NCBI GenBank assembly: GCA_038101125.1
Contig: JAYNVZ010000002.1
Location: 2,353-66,352, forward strand
Direction: 5' to 3'
Length of the DNA: 64,000 nucleotides
Origin: Gammaproteobacteria bacterium
Lineage (GTDB): Bacteria; Pseudomonadota; Gammaproteobacteria; GCA-002705445; GCA-002716945
In this document: positions 8,703-17,861 of the stretch, piece by piece
Position numbering within the stretch: position 1 is the stretch's first letter
How the letters are laid out: the number at the start of each line of letters is the position of its first letter
The notes under the pieces: generated by a model
Told to the model about the DNA's origin: nothing
Database searches by the model: none
Seen by the model: the letters and a program-made list of their open reading frames with translations, nothing else
Translations under genes and position numbers: made by a program

Positions 8703-9820
8703 TGACGTCTAATAAAGATTTATCTAACCAAGAACTTATGAAATCTGTGATTCAGAGAATAGCTACTGGACCGGAGCTAAGTAAGAATATTTCAAGAGAA
8801 GAAGCTAAACGATCAATGTCATCAATTTTAGATGGTGACATAAGTGATGTACGCTCAGCAATTTTTTTGATTGCCCTTAGAATGAAAAGAGAAACTACAG
8901 ACGAAAATTTAGGCGTTCATGATGCCATGATAGATTCTGTTAAAACTCTTGATGTACAGGCTGAAAATTTAGTTAATATAGCAGACCCATATGATGGCTT
9001 TACTAGAAATATCCCATCATCAGCATTCATATTACCTGTATTAGCAGAATTAGGTATACCAGCCATTTCTCAAGGTGTAGAAACTGTTGGACCAAAATTT
9101 GGATGCACACATCATGCAATTTTTAAACTTTTAGGATTGGACGTAAATGCATCCCATATAAATGTTGCTGAAAGGATTAACAACAAAGATATTGGATGGG
9201 GGTATATGGATCAAAAAATTTTCTCTCCTAAATTAAATAATCTAATGTCTCTAAGAACAGAGATAATAAAAAGGCCTGTCGTCACAACCATAGAAGTTCT
9301 TGCTAACCCATTAATATCTAAAAAAAATCATTTTGTTACAGGATATGTTCATAAACCTTATCCTCCAATATATTTAAACTTGGCTAGGAATGCTAAATTT
9401 AATACAGCTATCGTCATTCGTGGAACAGAAGGTGGAGTAATACCCTCTTTGAGACAAAAGTCTAACGCTCATTTTTACAATGATATTCAAGAAGAAGATC
9501 AAATATTAGAAATTGACCCTGAGGTAGATTTAAATATAAATCAAAGCGTTAGAGCAGTTAATATACCTGAGTCAATTAAGAAAAAAAGTACTCATGATAA
9601 AATTGAAACTAAGGTAAATCCGATGGATCTTGCTAAAGAATCACTAAAGCTTGGAATGAAGGCTTTATCTGGAGAAGATGGTCCAATGGCTGACTGTATC
9701 ATCTATGGTGCATCGCTCATACTCAACCATGTTACTAGCAGTGGCATTAAATCTTCTTCAAATGAGATTAAGAAGGTACTTAAATCTGGAAGTGCCCTGA
9801 CCCGCTTCAAGCAAATATAG
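8702..9820 (+). CDS. Glycosyltransferase family 3 / TrpD-like protein (divergent, lacks canonical GTGGD)
   Basis: N-terminal helical domain LSKNISREEAKRSMSSILDGDISDVRSAIFLIALRMKRETTDE resembles TrpD. Later blocks are collinear with TrpD (RGTEGGVIPSL ~ HSGGMDEVSL; C-terminal VLKSGSALTRF ~ VLRSGSAYDRV). It has DPYDGFTRN in place of GTGGD. Confidence 0.45.
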   Translation: MTSNKDLSNQELMKSVIQRIATGPELSKNISREEAKRSMSSILDGDISDVRSAIFLIALRMKRETTDENLGVHDAMIDSVKTLDVQAENLVNIADPYDGFTRNIPSSAFILPVLAELGIPAISQGVETVGPKFGCTHHAIFKLLGLDVNASHINVAERINNKDIGWGYMDQKIFSPKLNNLMSLRTEIIKRPVVTTIEVLANPLISKKNHFVTGYVHKPYPPIYLNLARNAKFNTAIVIRGTEGGVIPSLRQKSNAHFYNDIQEEDQILEIDPEVDLNINQSVRAVNIPESIKKKSTHDKIETKVNPMDLAKESLKLGMKALSGEDGPMADCIIYGASLILNHVTSSGIKSSSNEIKKVLKSGSALTRFKQI

Positions 9821-9822
9821 TA

Positions 9823-10122
9823 ATGATTAAACTAATTAATATAAATGATCTTGATAATGATAATATGATGCAAGTAACTATTAATAGCCATAACTATTTA
9901 GTTGCTAAGATTGATGATAATTTTTATGTCACAACAGATATGTGTACTCATGAAGATGCTGAGCTAACAATGGGTTGTTTAAATGGTACCAAAGTCAAAT
10001 GTCCACTTCATGGAAGTTATTTTGATTTGAATACTGGTATTGCACTTAATGAACCTGCGGATGAGCCAATAAAAACTTATAAGACTGTGATACAAGATAA
10101 CCATTTGTATATTGATGAATAA
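9823..10122 (+). CDS. Rieske [2Fe-2S] ferredoxin
   Basis: CTHEDA...CPLHG (CxH-x15-17-CxxH) Rieske motif, 99 aa. Confidence 0.7.
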   Translation: MIKLININDLDNDNMMQVTINSHNYLVAKIDDNFYVTTDMCTHEDAELTMGCLNGTKVKCPLHGSYFDLNTGIALNEPADEPIKTYKTVIQDNHLYIDE

Positions 10123-10134
10123 TTCAGAAAAAAA

Positions 10135-10581
10135 ATGAATATGAATACTATAGAAAAATTTGACTGGGGATGCAGGCACACATGGAACCAATCTGCAGTT
10201 AACACATTATGGTGTTTATTGGGCTGCAGTATTGGAGATATTGGTACAATCTATTATTTCCAATATCACAATATAATGTGGTCAACAGCATCAATTATGT
10301 TACTGGCAATGTTTAATGGAATACTTACAAGCATTATTTTAGAGACAGTTATTTTATTAAAACAAATGAGTATAAAAAATGCATTCAAGACTGCCGTTGG
10401 AATGAGCTTAATATCAATGATCAGCATGGAGTTTGCAATGAATCTGGTTGACTATTTAATGACTGGAGGTGCCAAAATTACCCTAAGCGTTTTACCAATT
10501 ATGTTATTAGCTGGTTTTCTAACACCTTGGCCTTATAATTATTGGAGGTTAAAAAAGTATGGTGTTGGCTGTTGTGGTTAA
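10135..10581 (+). CDS. DUF4396-like small membrane protein
   Basis: 148 aa, 4 TM. The LLGCSIGDIGT motif is reminiscent of DUF4396. It ends in CCG. Confidence 0.4.
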   Translation: MNMNTIEKFDWGCRHTWNQSAVNTLWCLLGCSIGDIGTIYYFQYHNIMWSTASIMLLAMFNGILTSIILETVILLKQMSIKNAFKTAVGMSLISMISMEFAMNLVDYLMTGGAKITLSVLPIMLLAGFLTPWPYNYWRLKKYGVGCCG

Positions 10582-11207
10582 TTAAGATCTGCAGTCATAA
10601 TCTTTGTGATTGCATTCTCAAGATTAGATTTAAACCTATCGATTAAGCTCCTAAAATAAGATTCAAAAATAACTATTGGAATTGCAACAGAAAGGCCTGC
10701 TGCGGTCGTTAACAAGGCTTCCCATATACCACCAGAGAGGATTGATGGATCAACATTTTTCCCCGCAACTTCCATTTGTTGAAATGCCTCAATCATTCCA
10801 AAAACAGTCCCTAATAAACCCAATAAAGGGGCAATTGCCGCAATTACCTGAAGGCTGTTTAGCTTAGAACTATAATATGTAATCCTTTCATCTGATAATC
10901 TAGCAATTTCTTCCCTTATATCATTATCAAGTTTAACTGTCGGTTTTTTGTGTTTAAGAAGTTGATACATTGTAAACGCCACGACTTCTGTCTGTGGATC
11001 ATCAGCTTTGTTAATTTTTTCGTAAGCTTCATCTTGTTTCTTTAAAAGCCATAAACTTATACTTTCATTTAGATTTTCATTATTAAAGAAGTTAACTTTA
11101 TAAAATATATGTAATTTATAAAAGATGACTGCAGTGGCATATATTGACAGTATAATTAGAATATACACAACAGGTCCGCCAAGTGTTAATAGTGCATTAA
11201 AATCCAT
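10578..11207 (-). CDS. exbB: MotA/TolQ/ExbB proton-channel protein
   Basis: 209 aa, 3 TM with the conserved C-terminal TM pair (LSGGIWEALLTTAAGLSVAIPIV). It is downstream of a TonB-dependent receptor. Confidence 0.8.
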   Translation of the reverse strand: MDFNALLTLGGPVVYILIILSIYATAVIFYKLHIFYKVNFFNNENLNESISLWLLKKQDEAYEKINKADDPQTEVVAFTMYQLLKHKKPTVKLDNDIREEIARLSDERITYYSSKLNSLQVIAAIAPLLGLLGTVFGMIEAFQQMEVAGKNVDPSILSGGIWEALLTTAAGLSVAIPIVIFESYFRSLIDRFKSNLENAITKIMTADLN

Positions 11208-11275
11208 AATTAAAAATCCTCAAAGGTATATTCTAGTTGATTTAAATTTAATATCATTAGATAAATCGATTAATC

Positions 11276-11306
11276 GCTGCCTCTTTTTTATATCTAAAGA
11301 GGCAGC
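11276..11306 (-). other. stable hairpin (11-bp stem gctgcctcttt / aaagaggcagc) between TonB-dependent receptor gene and exbB
   Basis: A perfect inverted repeat is seen directly. It has no clean U-tract, so it is a possible partial terminator or processing site. Confidence 0.35.
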
Positions 11307-11329
11307 AAAATTGAAGTTGAAAGATTTAA

Positions 11330-13408
11330 TTAAAAATCATAGATTAATGAACCCCAAAAACTTCTTCCTGGCTCATCAACACGATCAGCAGTAGAATCTA
11401 TAGAGTTTGTGCTATTTAAATGAGTCGCATATCTTTTGTCAGTTAAATTGCTCACGCCCATACTGAATCTAATATTCGGTGTTGGCTCAAAACCAGCATA
11501 TATATCATATACTGTGTATCCTCCAGTTCTTCCGCTATCTAAAACTCTTGAATCAAAATTATCCTGAGTATCAGCAAAATTAGCTCTTATACCATAGTTA
11601 ATTGAACCAGTTTGATATTCTAGTGAAATATCCCCTGATAAAGGCATTATCTGGGGTAAAGGTCTATTTTGCGTATCATCATCTCCATGCGTATAATTTA
11701 GATTAAGTGTAGTTTTAACATTAGAAGTAATATTTTTTCTTGCTGTTAACTCATAACCCCAAATTGTAGCATCTACATTCTTATAGACTCTTGCATCATT
11801 AACAGTGTTATCGTATGTTCCATCAGAAACTCTGTAGGTTGTAATATAATCACTAACATCATTGTAATATATGGAACCATTTACATGACTGCCCATAAAC
11901 ATATTTTCGAACCCAAGCTCAAAAGTTGTATGTATCTCAGAATCTAGATTTGGGTTACCAACATGTCTTAGTCTATATTTAGCCCCGCCCATGTTTGTCA
12001 TAGAAGTTTTGGCATTAAACAACTCAGTGGCATCTGGTGTTCTTTCATTTCTACTTAAAGAAATATAAGCGCTAGACATTTGCCCATAGTTCTTCTTGAG
12101 CCTTAAGAAACCACTATAATTATTGAAGTCTCTTTTGCCAGCTGTAACAGTACCAGTGTAGTGAGCTGTGTACAATGAGTTTGCCGGAACCTGTAGCATA
12201 TTACTACCAAAATCATCAGTTGCGCGCGTAGCATTAGTCTCTACTCTGTCAAGTCTAAGGCCATAAGATACTGTTGTTTGATCAGAAACTTTATTGTCAT
12301 TTTCTAAGAAAAATCCAAGTTTAGATATTTCTGCTCCAGGCCACATATACATTAGATTCATTAGCATTCCACTCATGGTCATACTTTGTTCTGCATCTCT
12401 AGTATTATGTTCATAATCTACACCTACCTTCATGCCACTATCCATGGCACCAATTACTCTCCACCCATAAGTATCAGAAGCAGCTGGCGTCTTCATCGAA
12501 TTGGTAGTTCTCATCGTATAGTTATCCATTAAATGATCCATGTCAGAATTATGTAATTCAACTTTCATTGAAGAAAACGGACCGAATGGTGTTACGCGAT
12601 GGTATTTTAAATTATAGATATCAGTATAACTATATGCTATATCCATAGGTAACCCAGCAAACCCAATATTTTCTTGAGAGTTATTAGTATACGTGAATTC
12701 AAGCTTTGAACCATCATCCAATCTTTTGCCTAAGATTGTTGCATAATTACTAGTCTCATATTCTGTGAGCGGCTTTAAGCCTGTCCCTGTCTCATAATTA
12801 CCTGCCTCAGAATAAGATCCATTGATTCTAAAGTAAGCTTGACCTAAACCTAATGTAAAGTCACCTAAAGTAGTTTTACCTTCGGCATTTGAGTCAAATG
12901 TTTGCCCAATTTTTAATTTATAGCCTTTCGATTGAGCTTTATCACCTTTAGATAATCTAGTTTGAGCAAGTGGTTCTGTAATACGCTCATATCTTACTAC
13001 CCCTCCAGGACCACCAGCACCATAGATGACAGATTGAGACCCTTTAATTACAGTAATAGAATCATAGTTCTCAATATTTACATATGTGGACGCAGGATCC
13101 ATTTTAGATGAACAAGCTCCATAAACTATAGCACCATCAATAGATGAGTTAAGTCTTTGATCACTTTGTCCTCTTATCACAGGATCAAGGCCATGACCAC
13201 CACGCCTGATTGTATTAATACCATTGATAGATCTTAAAAGATCTCCACCATCAATAGCATTTTTAGTATTTATATCTTCTATAGCTTGACTGGTTAAGTC
13301 CTGGGTGCTCAAGACTGGCGCAGAAATTTGTATATCTGTTAAATCTTCCGCATGAAGATTGGTCACAAATAATGCCGCTATAAAGAAAACGTATTTATTT
13401 ATATTCAT
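11330..13408 (-). CDS. TonB-dependent outer-membrane receptor
   Basis: 692 aa with a signal peptide, a plug domain with TonB-box-like N-terminus, and a beta-barrel ending in the aromatic C-terminal residue (...LIYDF). Confidence 0.85.
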   Translation of the reverse strand: MNINKYVFFIAALFVTNLHAEDLTDIQISAPVLSTQDLTSQAIEDINTKNAIDGGDLLRSINGINTIRRGGHGLDPVIRGQSDQRLNSSIDGAIVYGACSSKMDPASTYVNIENYDSITVIKGSQSVIYGAGGPGGVVRYERITEPLAQTRLSKGDKAQSKGYKLKIGQTFDSNAEGKTTLGDFTLGLGQAYFRINGSYSEAGNYETGTGLKPLTEYETSNYATILGKRLDDGSKLEFTYTNNSQENIGFAGLPMDIAYSYTDIYNLKYHRVTPFGPFSSMKVELHNSDMDHLMDNYTMRTTNSMKTPAASDTYGWRVIGAMDSGMKVGVDYEHNTRDAEQSMTMSGMLMNLMYMWPGAEISKLGFFLENDNKVSDQTTVSYGLRLDRVETNATRATDDFGSNMLQVPANSLYTAHYTGTVTAGKRDFNNYSGFLRLKKNYGQMSSAYISLSRNERTPDATELFNAKTSMTNMGGAKYRLRHVGNPNLDSEIHTTFELGFENMFMGSHVNGSIYYNDVSDYITTYRVSDGTYDNTVNDARVYKNVDATIWGYELTARKNITSNVKTTLNLNYTHGDDDTQNRPLPQIMPLSGDISLEYQTGSINYGIRANFADTQDNFDSRVLDSGRTGGYTVYDIYAGFEPTPNIRFSMGVSNLTDKRYATHLNSTNSIDSTADRVDEPGRSFWGSLIYDF

Positions 13409-13449
13409 AGTTCCTCCACTATAAATTAGTTATGTTTAATTAAATTATA

Positions 13450-13770
13450 TTAAAGATAACTATGTGGAGGAGATCGAGGTGTTTTAAAAAATGATTTTGT
13501 TGTATGTTTGAATTCTTTTTTATTTTGAACTAACAAGATAGGTTTTCTAACCATAAAAATATTCATATGATCAGCATGAGATGCCATATCAAAATAATAT
13601 GAACAATGATCACAAGGAATAATGTGGTTGTTAGTAGATTGATCAGTATGAAACTTACAAATATCACTCTCGTGATCCGCAATGTCATTCGAAGAAATTA
13701 CAGCGACAGGGAATGCGCCTACGCATATCAATAAAACAATTAAGCTGTAGTATTTACGAATATTTATCAT
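13450..13770 (-). CDS. small secreted Cys/His-rich protein (106 aa), first gene of the receptor-exbB operon
   Basis: Signal peptide followed by HESDICKFHTDQSTNNHIIPCDHCSYYFDMASHADHMN (His/Cys-rich). It sits upstream of the TonB-dependent receptor on the same strand. Confidence 0.4.
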   Translation of the reverse strand: MINIRKYYSLIVLLICVGAFPVAVISSNDIADHESDICKFHTDQSTNNHIIPCDHCSYYFDMASHADHMNIFMVRKPILLVQNKKEFKHTTKSFFKTPRSPPHSYL

Positions 13771-14025
13771 CTTAAACCCCTAAAAGTATAGTACATGATT
13801 TGTAGATATTGTCTAGATAATGAGTGTTCGGATTTGAGTAACGGGGAGATTTATACACATACTCTGCAAATACTCAAATCCTTGTTTGGACATAAGATGC
13901 CCTCTTAAGATCAAGAGGGCTATCTAATGAGAAACCTTATGATGGATATCTAACCTAAGGGAGAGATTAAGAATGTTCTCTTAAGCTAGATATCCATACT
14001 TATTTCACCGGAGAATGATGAAATA

Positions 14026-16272
14026 TTAAAAGTCGAATTTCACTCCTGCCATTACAGACACCGGCTTGTTAGGACGTTTACCGTACTCATGCTCGGAAGC
14101 TACAATGATTTTGTCAAATAAGTTATCTACATTAAAAAATAACTTAGCGTTTTTAATTCCACCTGTATTCATATTAAGGTTCATAGAACTATGTAAATCA
14201 AAAATGAATGCCTTACCTGTTCTGTATGTATTGTTATCATTAGTGAATGTATCATCATGATATTTAGCCCCAAGAGCTATACTGTAATCATTTGTCTCCA
14301 TTCCTAAAGATGTGTACAGTTGGAAATCAGGTACATAAGCAATCGAATTGCCCACATAGCTTGTATTTTGACCTTTGTATTCAGAATCTTGTATCATCCC
14401 AGTTACCATAAATGGGTATCTTGTGCTAGAAGATGTAGACGGCGCGCCTTTCATCTCTGTGCCAGCAAACAAGTTATTTACACGATATTGAAATTCAATA
14501 CCTTTGACCTCTGCCTGCCCTTTGTTAGTAGTATCACCTGAACTACCAGAACATCCAGCTGCCTCAAGACAAGTTTCATTTAGCTGTTCATAATCGTTTA
14601 AGAACGCTATGATTTCCATGAAACCGCCTGCAGTTTCTTTTCTGAATCCAAGCTCATAGTTATCCGATTTTTCTGGTTCAACAGAAAGTCCTTTGCCTGC
14701 ATCTACAGGGCTATGTCCTTGGTTATAAGATGCATACAAAGAAACACCTGGTGCAGCTCTAAAAATTGTAGATGCAGCAATCATTGTTGCTGTTCTATCT
14801 AAATCTTGTTTAGAGTTACCTGGGTTTGCGTTTGTACCATCATTACTTTCCATGTCTTCATATCTAACTCCAAAAGAGTGTGTGAAAGCACCGTCAGTAA
14901 TCGTATCTTTTAAATGATATGATACTGCATCTGTATCTTTAAGTTCAGCGTCTGAGAATCTAGTACTGTCATTACCATGTTCAGATAGTAATGTCATAGT
15001 ACCGTTGCCATCAACAGTATACCTTTGACTAAATCCACTATCAGCTCTTGCTCTATAGTCTTTATGACGTCTGTATCCATATTCTAGATCATGGTTACCC
15101 ATTGTATGGTTGACGACAAATTGAACACCTGTCATTCCATAGTCACGATGACCCATAGATCTTTTTATATACTCGCCATTAACCATAGCTGTGTTATTAG
15201 TTAATATGTTACATGCTCTTAGTTCGATGCCAGAATCACCAGCACAATTTCCAGCCATATCAATAGCCGAATATTTAACAGTAGCATTATTAGTATTAGC
15301 ACCGTCACCATCTGGATCGACCATCATCTCACCACTTTTGCCCCAAAGTCTGCTATATCTAGTTTTATATAACTTAGATGTAATAGTCATATTTGAAGAT
15401 GGTTGCATTGTGTGTGTGAAGATATATCGATGATAATCATTATCCATTTGATCAACAGATGAAACGCCATATCTTTGATATGGGTCAGCTGCAAAGTCAA
15501 CGCCTGTCAATCCAATATATGTTTCATTTGATGTTTCAGAAGTATTAGAACTTGTGATTTCAAATGTTTGATTCCATGCGCTGTTCATTGGTGTGTACCT
15601 AAGTTTGAATAAGTCAGTTTGCTTATCAAAACCTGTATCAGTATTGTTGCCAGTGCCTTTAATATTTTTGTATCCATCAGCTCTATAGTCATGATATTCA
15701 AATACATAACCCACTGATCCAATATTCCCACCGTAGTATGAGTGATTTCTTGAGAAACCATCATCTCCACCGGTTATAGAATAATGACCTTCACTACCAG
15801 ATGTAGGGACCGATCTAGATAAGAAGTTAATTGTACCGGCAGTTGTTCTTGGACCTTGTCCAATAGCTGCTGCACCTTTTAAAACTTCTACACCTTCCAT
15901 ACGACCAACATCAGGGAAGAAATACATACTACCGTTAGAGTAAATAGCTGGGCCTTGTGGCACGCCATCTTCTAAAATGTTTATTTTTGTTGTTCTCAGA
16001 GCACTGGTTCCTCTCATACCTAAGTTAGTTCTTAAGCCGTAACCATCCTCAGTCTGAGAATAAACACCTGGAATTCTTCTGAGAACTCTCTCAGCATCTG
16101 TATAACCCAATGACTTCATCTCATCATCAGAGATGTAGTGGGCTGATCCTGCTTGCTGTGTTTCATCTTGAGATCCGAATACACTAACAGGACTCATTTC
16201 TTCGGCAAATATAGTAGAACTCATTAGTAACAATGAGCTAACCGCAAATACCTGAAAATGTTGTTTTTTCAT
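14026..16272 (-). CDS. TonB-dependent outer-membrane receptor
   Basis: 748 aa with a signal peptide, plug and barrel ending ...GVKFDF. It is divergent from exbD-exbD-tonB. Confidence 0.85.
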   Translation of the reverse strand: MKKQHFQVFAVSSLLLMSSTIFAEEMSPVSVFGSQDETQQAGSAHYISDDEMKSLGYTDAERVLRRIPGVYSQTEDGYGLRTNLGMRGTSALRTTKINILEDGVPQGPAIYSNGSMYFFPDVGRMEGVEVLKGAAAIGQGPRTTAGTINFLSRSVPTSGSEGHYSITGGDDGFSRNHSYYGGNIGSVGYVFEYHDYRADGYKNIKGTGNNTDTGFDKQTDLFKLRYTPMNSAWNQTFEITSSNTSETSNETYIGLTGVDFAADPYQRYGVSSVDQMDNDYHRYIFTHTMQPSSNMTITSKLYKTRYSRLWGKSGEMMVDPDGDGANTNNATVKYSAIDMAGNCAGDSGIELRACNILTNNTAMVNGEYIKRSMGHRDYGMTGVQFVVNHTMGNHDLEYGYRRHKDYRARADSGFSQRYTVDGNGTMTLLSEHGNDSTRFSDAELKDTDAVSYHLKDTITDGAFTHSFGVRYEDMESNDGTNANPGNSKQDLDRTATMIAASTIFRAAPGVSLYASYNQGHSPVDAGKGLSVEPEKSDNYELGFRKETAGGFMEIIAFLNDYEQLNETCLEAAGCSGSSGDTTNKGQAEVKGIEFQYRVNNLFAGTEMKGAPSTSSSTRYPFMVTGMIQDSEYKGQNTSYVGNSIAYVPDFQLYTSLGMETNDYSIALGAKYHDDTFTNDNNTYRTGKAFIFDLHSSMNLNMNTGGIKNAKLFFNVDNLFDKIIVASEHEYGKRPNKPVSVMAGVKFDF

Positions 16273-16349
16273 ATAATTTTCCTCATATATATAAAGTTAG
16301 TAAAATATATAGCTGTAATACCAATATTCTAACTATTCTGGTATATTAT

Positions 16350-16394
16350 ATGCGAATGATTCTCATTTGTAAATGCGAATGATTGTTATTATCG
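16350..16394. promoter_or_regulatory. two tandem Fur-box-like sites in the divergent promoter between the TonB-dependent receptor and exbD
   Basis: atgcgAATGATTCTCATTtg and aatgcgAATGATTGTTATTATCg each resemble the GATAATGATAATCATTATC Fur consensus. The unit aatgcgaatgatt is directly repeated. Confidence 0.45.
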
Positions 16395-16422
16395 TTATAA
16401 TTGCTAAATAAAATGACTTATT

Positions 16423-16899
16423 TTGCAAAATTATATAAAATTATGGGCTCATGAGGGTTATATGGTCAGAATTAGTTTAACGCCAATAATAGATGTAGTA
16501 TTTATTCTGCTAATATTTTTCATGCTTGCGACAAATTTTCAAAGTTTCAACCAAACTGATATTAAGCTATCTAATGAACAAGCAAGCACCTCACAGAGTG
16601 ATAAACGAATATATTTAGTAGAATTCAATAAAGATGGTGAATTTAAATTAAATAAAGAAACAATGTCTCAAAAGAGTATCAAAAATCATATCCTTGATGG
16701 CAAAAAAAACGATGAAGAGTATATGGTTATAATCAAAGGAGAAAAAGATACTGAAATACAAGATGTATTAAATGTTATTGCAGATTTTAAAAAAAATGAA
16801 ATCAATGAAATTACGATTGGGATATCTAAAAATGATATAGATGAAAATTATGAGAATAAAACAAAGGGTATAGATATGCCCTTGCTTGAAAAGCTATAA
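16423..16899 (+). CDS. exbD: ExbD/TolR biopolymer transport protein
   Basis: 158 aa with a single N-terminal TM (IIDVVFILLIFFMLA) and a periplasmic domain. It follows the divergent promoter. Confidence 0.75.
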   Translation: MQNYIKLWAHEGYMVRISLTPIIDVVFILLIFFMLATNFQSFNQTDIKLSNEQASTSQSDKRIYLVEFNKDGEFKLNKETMSQKSIKNHILDGKKNDEEYMVIIKGEKDTEIQDVLNVIADFKKNEINEITIGISKNDIDENYENKTKGIDMPLLEKL

Positions 16900-16902
16900 G
16901 GT

Positions 16903-17304
16903 ATGAAATTAAAAAATAAAACAAATAAAACAAATAAAACAAATAATGATGATAATTTACTTCCATTAGTAAATATCATATTTTTGTTATTAATATTCTT
17001 TATGTTGGCAGGTGTGATTGCTAAACAAAAAGAAATGTATGATATTAATTTAGCATCAGCTGTAATTGATGAATATGTAGAAAAAGATAAACATATTTTG
17101 TTTATTAAATCTAATGGAGAAGTCATTTTTAATGATGAAGCTATTACTATTAAAACTTTAGATGAAAAGTTAAAGTTAATTGATGGTAAGGATATAATAA
17201 TCGCAGCAGATAAATTAGTTACAACAGGAAAATTAAATAATATTCTAATTAAACTAAACCATAACAAGATATCAAATGTAACGCTCTTATCAAACGAAAA
17301 ATGA
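16903..17304 (+). CDS. exbD: ExbD/TolR paralog (second copy)
   Basis: 133 aa with the LPLVNIIFLLLIFFMLAG TM. An N-terminal NKTNKTNKTN tract is encoded by a 9-bp tandem repeat. Confidence 0.7.
   Translation: MKLKNKTNKTNKTNNDDNLLPLVNIIFLLLIFFMLAGVIAKQKEMYDINLASAVIDEYVEKDKHILFIKSNGEVIFNDEAITIKTLDEKLKLIDGKDIIIAADKLVTTGKLNNILIKLNHNKISNVTLLSNEK
16918..16944 (+). repeat. perfect 9-bp tandem repeat (aaaacaaat) x3 with one degenerate flanking copy, inside the exbD paralog N-terminus
   Basis: Counted directly. The repeat is in-frame and encodes (NKT)n. Confidence 0.8.
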
Positions 17305-17861
17305 ATAGAACAGACAATATCAATAAATATATTATTTTAGCTTTTATAGTCCATTCTATGTTTCTGGTATCTTTTTCAATAAATAGATCAGTAAGTGATA
17401 TTACGAAAATAGGTGAAACAGGTATGACAGTTCAGATGATAATTCTTGAAACTAGTGATGAGATATATGAGAAAAGTTTTGCATCTGAAGAAATAAGAAA
17501 TAAAACTGAAGATTCAGAAAAAGAACAACAAGTTCTCATAGATAATAGAGCGGTTGGTGATAAATCTGAAAATGTATATGATACGTATTACGGAAGAGTC
17601 AGACAGATAATTGATGGTAATAAAAGTTATCCGTTACTGGCAAGACAACGCAAACAAGAAGGGTCGCCAAAAGTTAGTTTTACAATTCTAAAAAATGGAA
17701 TAGTGGAAAAATTATCTGTTGACTCATCGGGCTATAGAATTTTAGATAGGGAAGCTAGACGCATTATCATGATTTCGTCACCTTTCCCTGAAATACCAGA
17801 TAGCATGAATAAGAATTCTATAGATTTAACTATTCCAATAAATTTTAAGTTAAATAATTAA
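17301..17861 (+). CDS. tonB: TonB energy transducer (C-terminal TonB domain)
   Basis: 186 aa with an N-terminal TM and C-terminal domain (GSPKVSFTILKNGIVEKLSVDSSGYRILDREARRII). It is last in the exbD-exbD-tonB operon. Confidence 0.65.
   Translation: MNRTDNINKYIILAFIVHSMFLVSFSINRSVSDITKIGETGMTVQMIILETSDEIYEKSFASEEIRNKTEDSEKEQQVLIDNRAVGDKSENVYDTYYGRVRQIIDGNKSYPLLARQRKQEGSPKVSFTILKNGIVEKLSVDSSGYRILDREARRIIMISSPFPEIPDSMNKNSIDLTIPINFKLNN

Noticed and set aside
4908-10600. CRISPR array or further cas genes accompanying the Cas6-like ORF
   Set aside because: Read all non-coding stretches and the accessory block for regularly spaced direct repeats (24-40 nt). None was found, and no Cas1/Cas2/Cas3/Cas7-like ORFs were recognisable. 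The Cas6-like gene is therefore reported as orphan.
11125-11394. 89-aa plus-strand ORF spanning the exbB start, hairpin and receptor stop
   Set aside because: It crosses an intergenic hairpin and the termini of two well-supported minus-strand genes, and has no SD.
13771-14025. tRNA or riboswitch (e.g. cobalamin) upstream of the TonB-dependent receptors
   Set aside because: No cloverleaf-compatible arms or GTTCGAATC-type T-loop. No recognisable B12-box (rAGYCMGgAgaCCkGCc) or other riboswitch core by eye. Only inverted repeats, reported as a finding.
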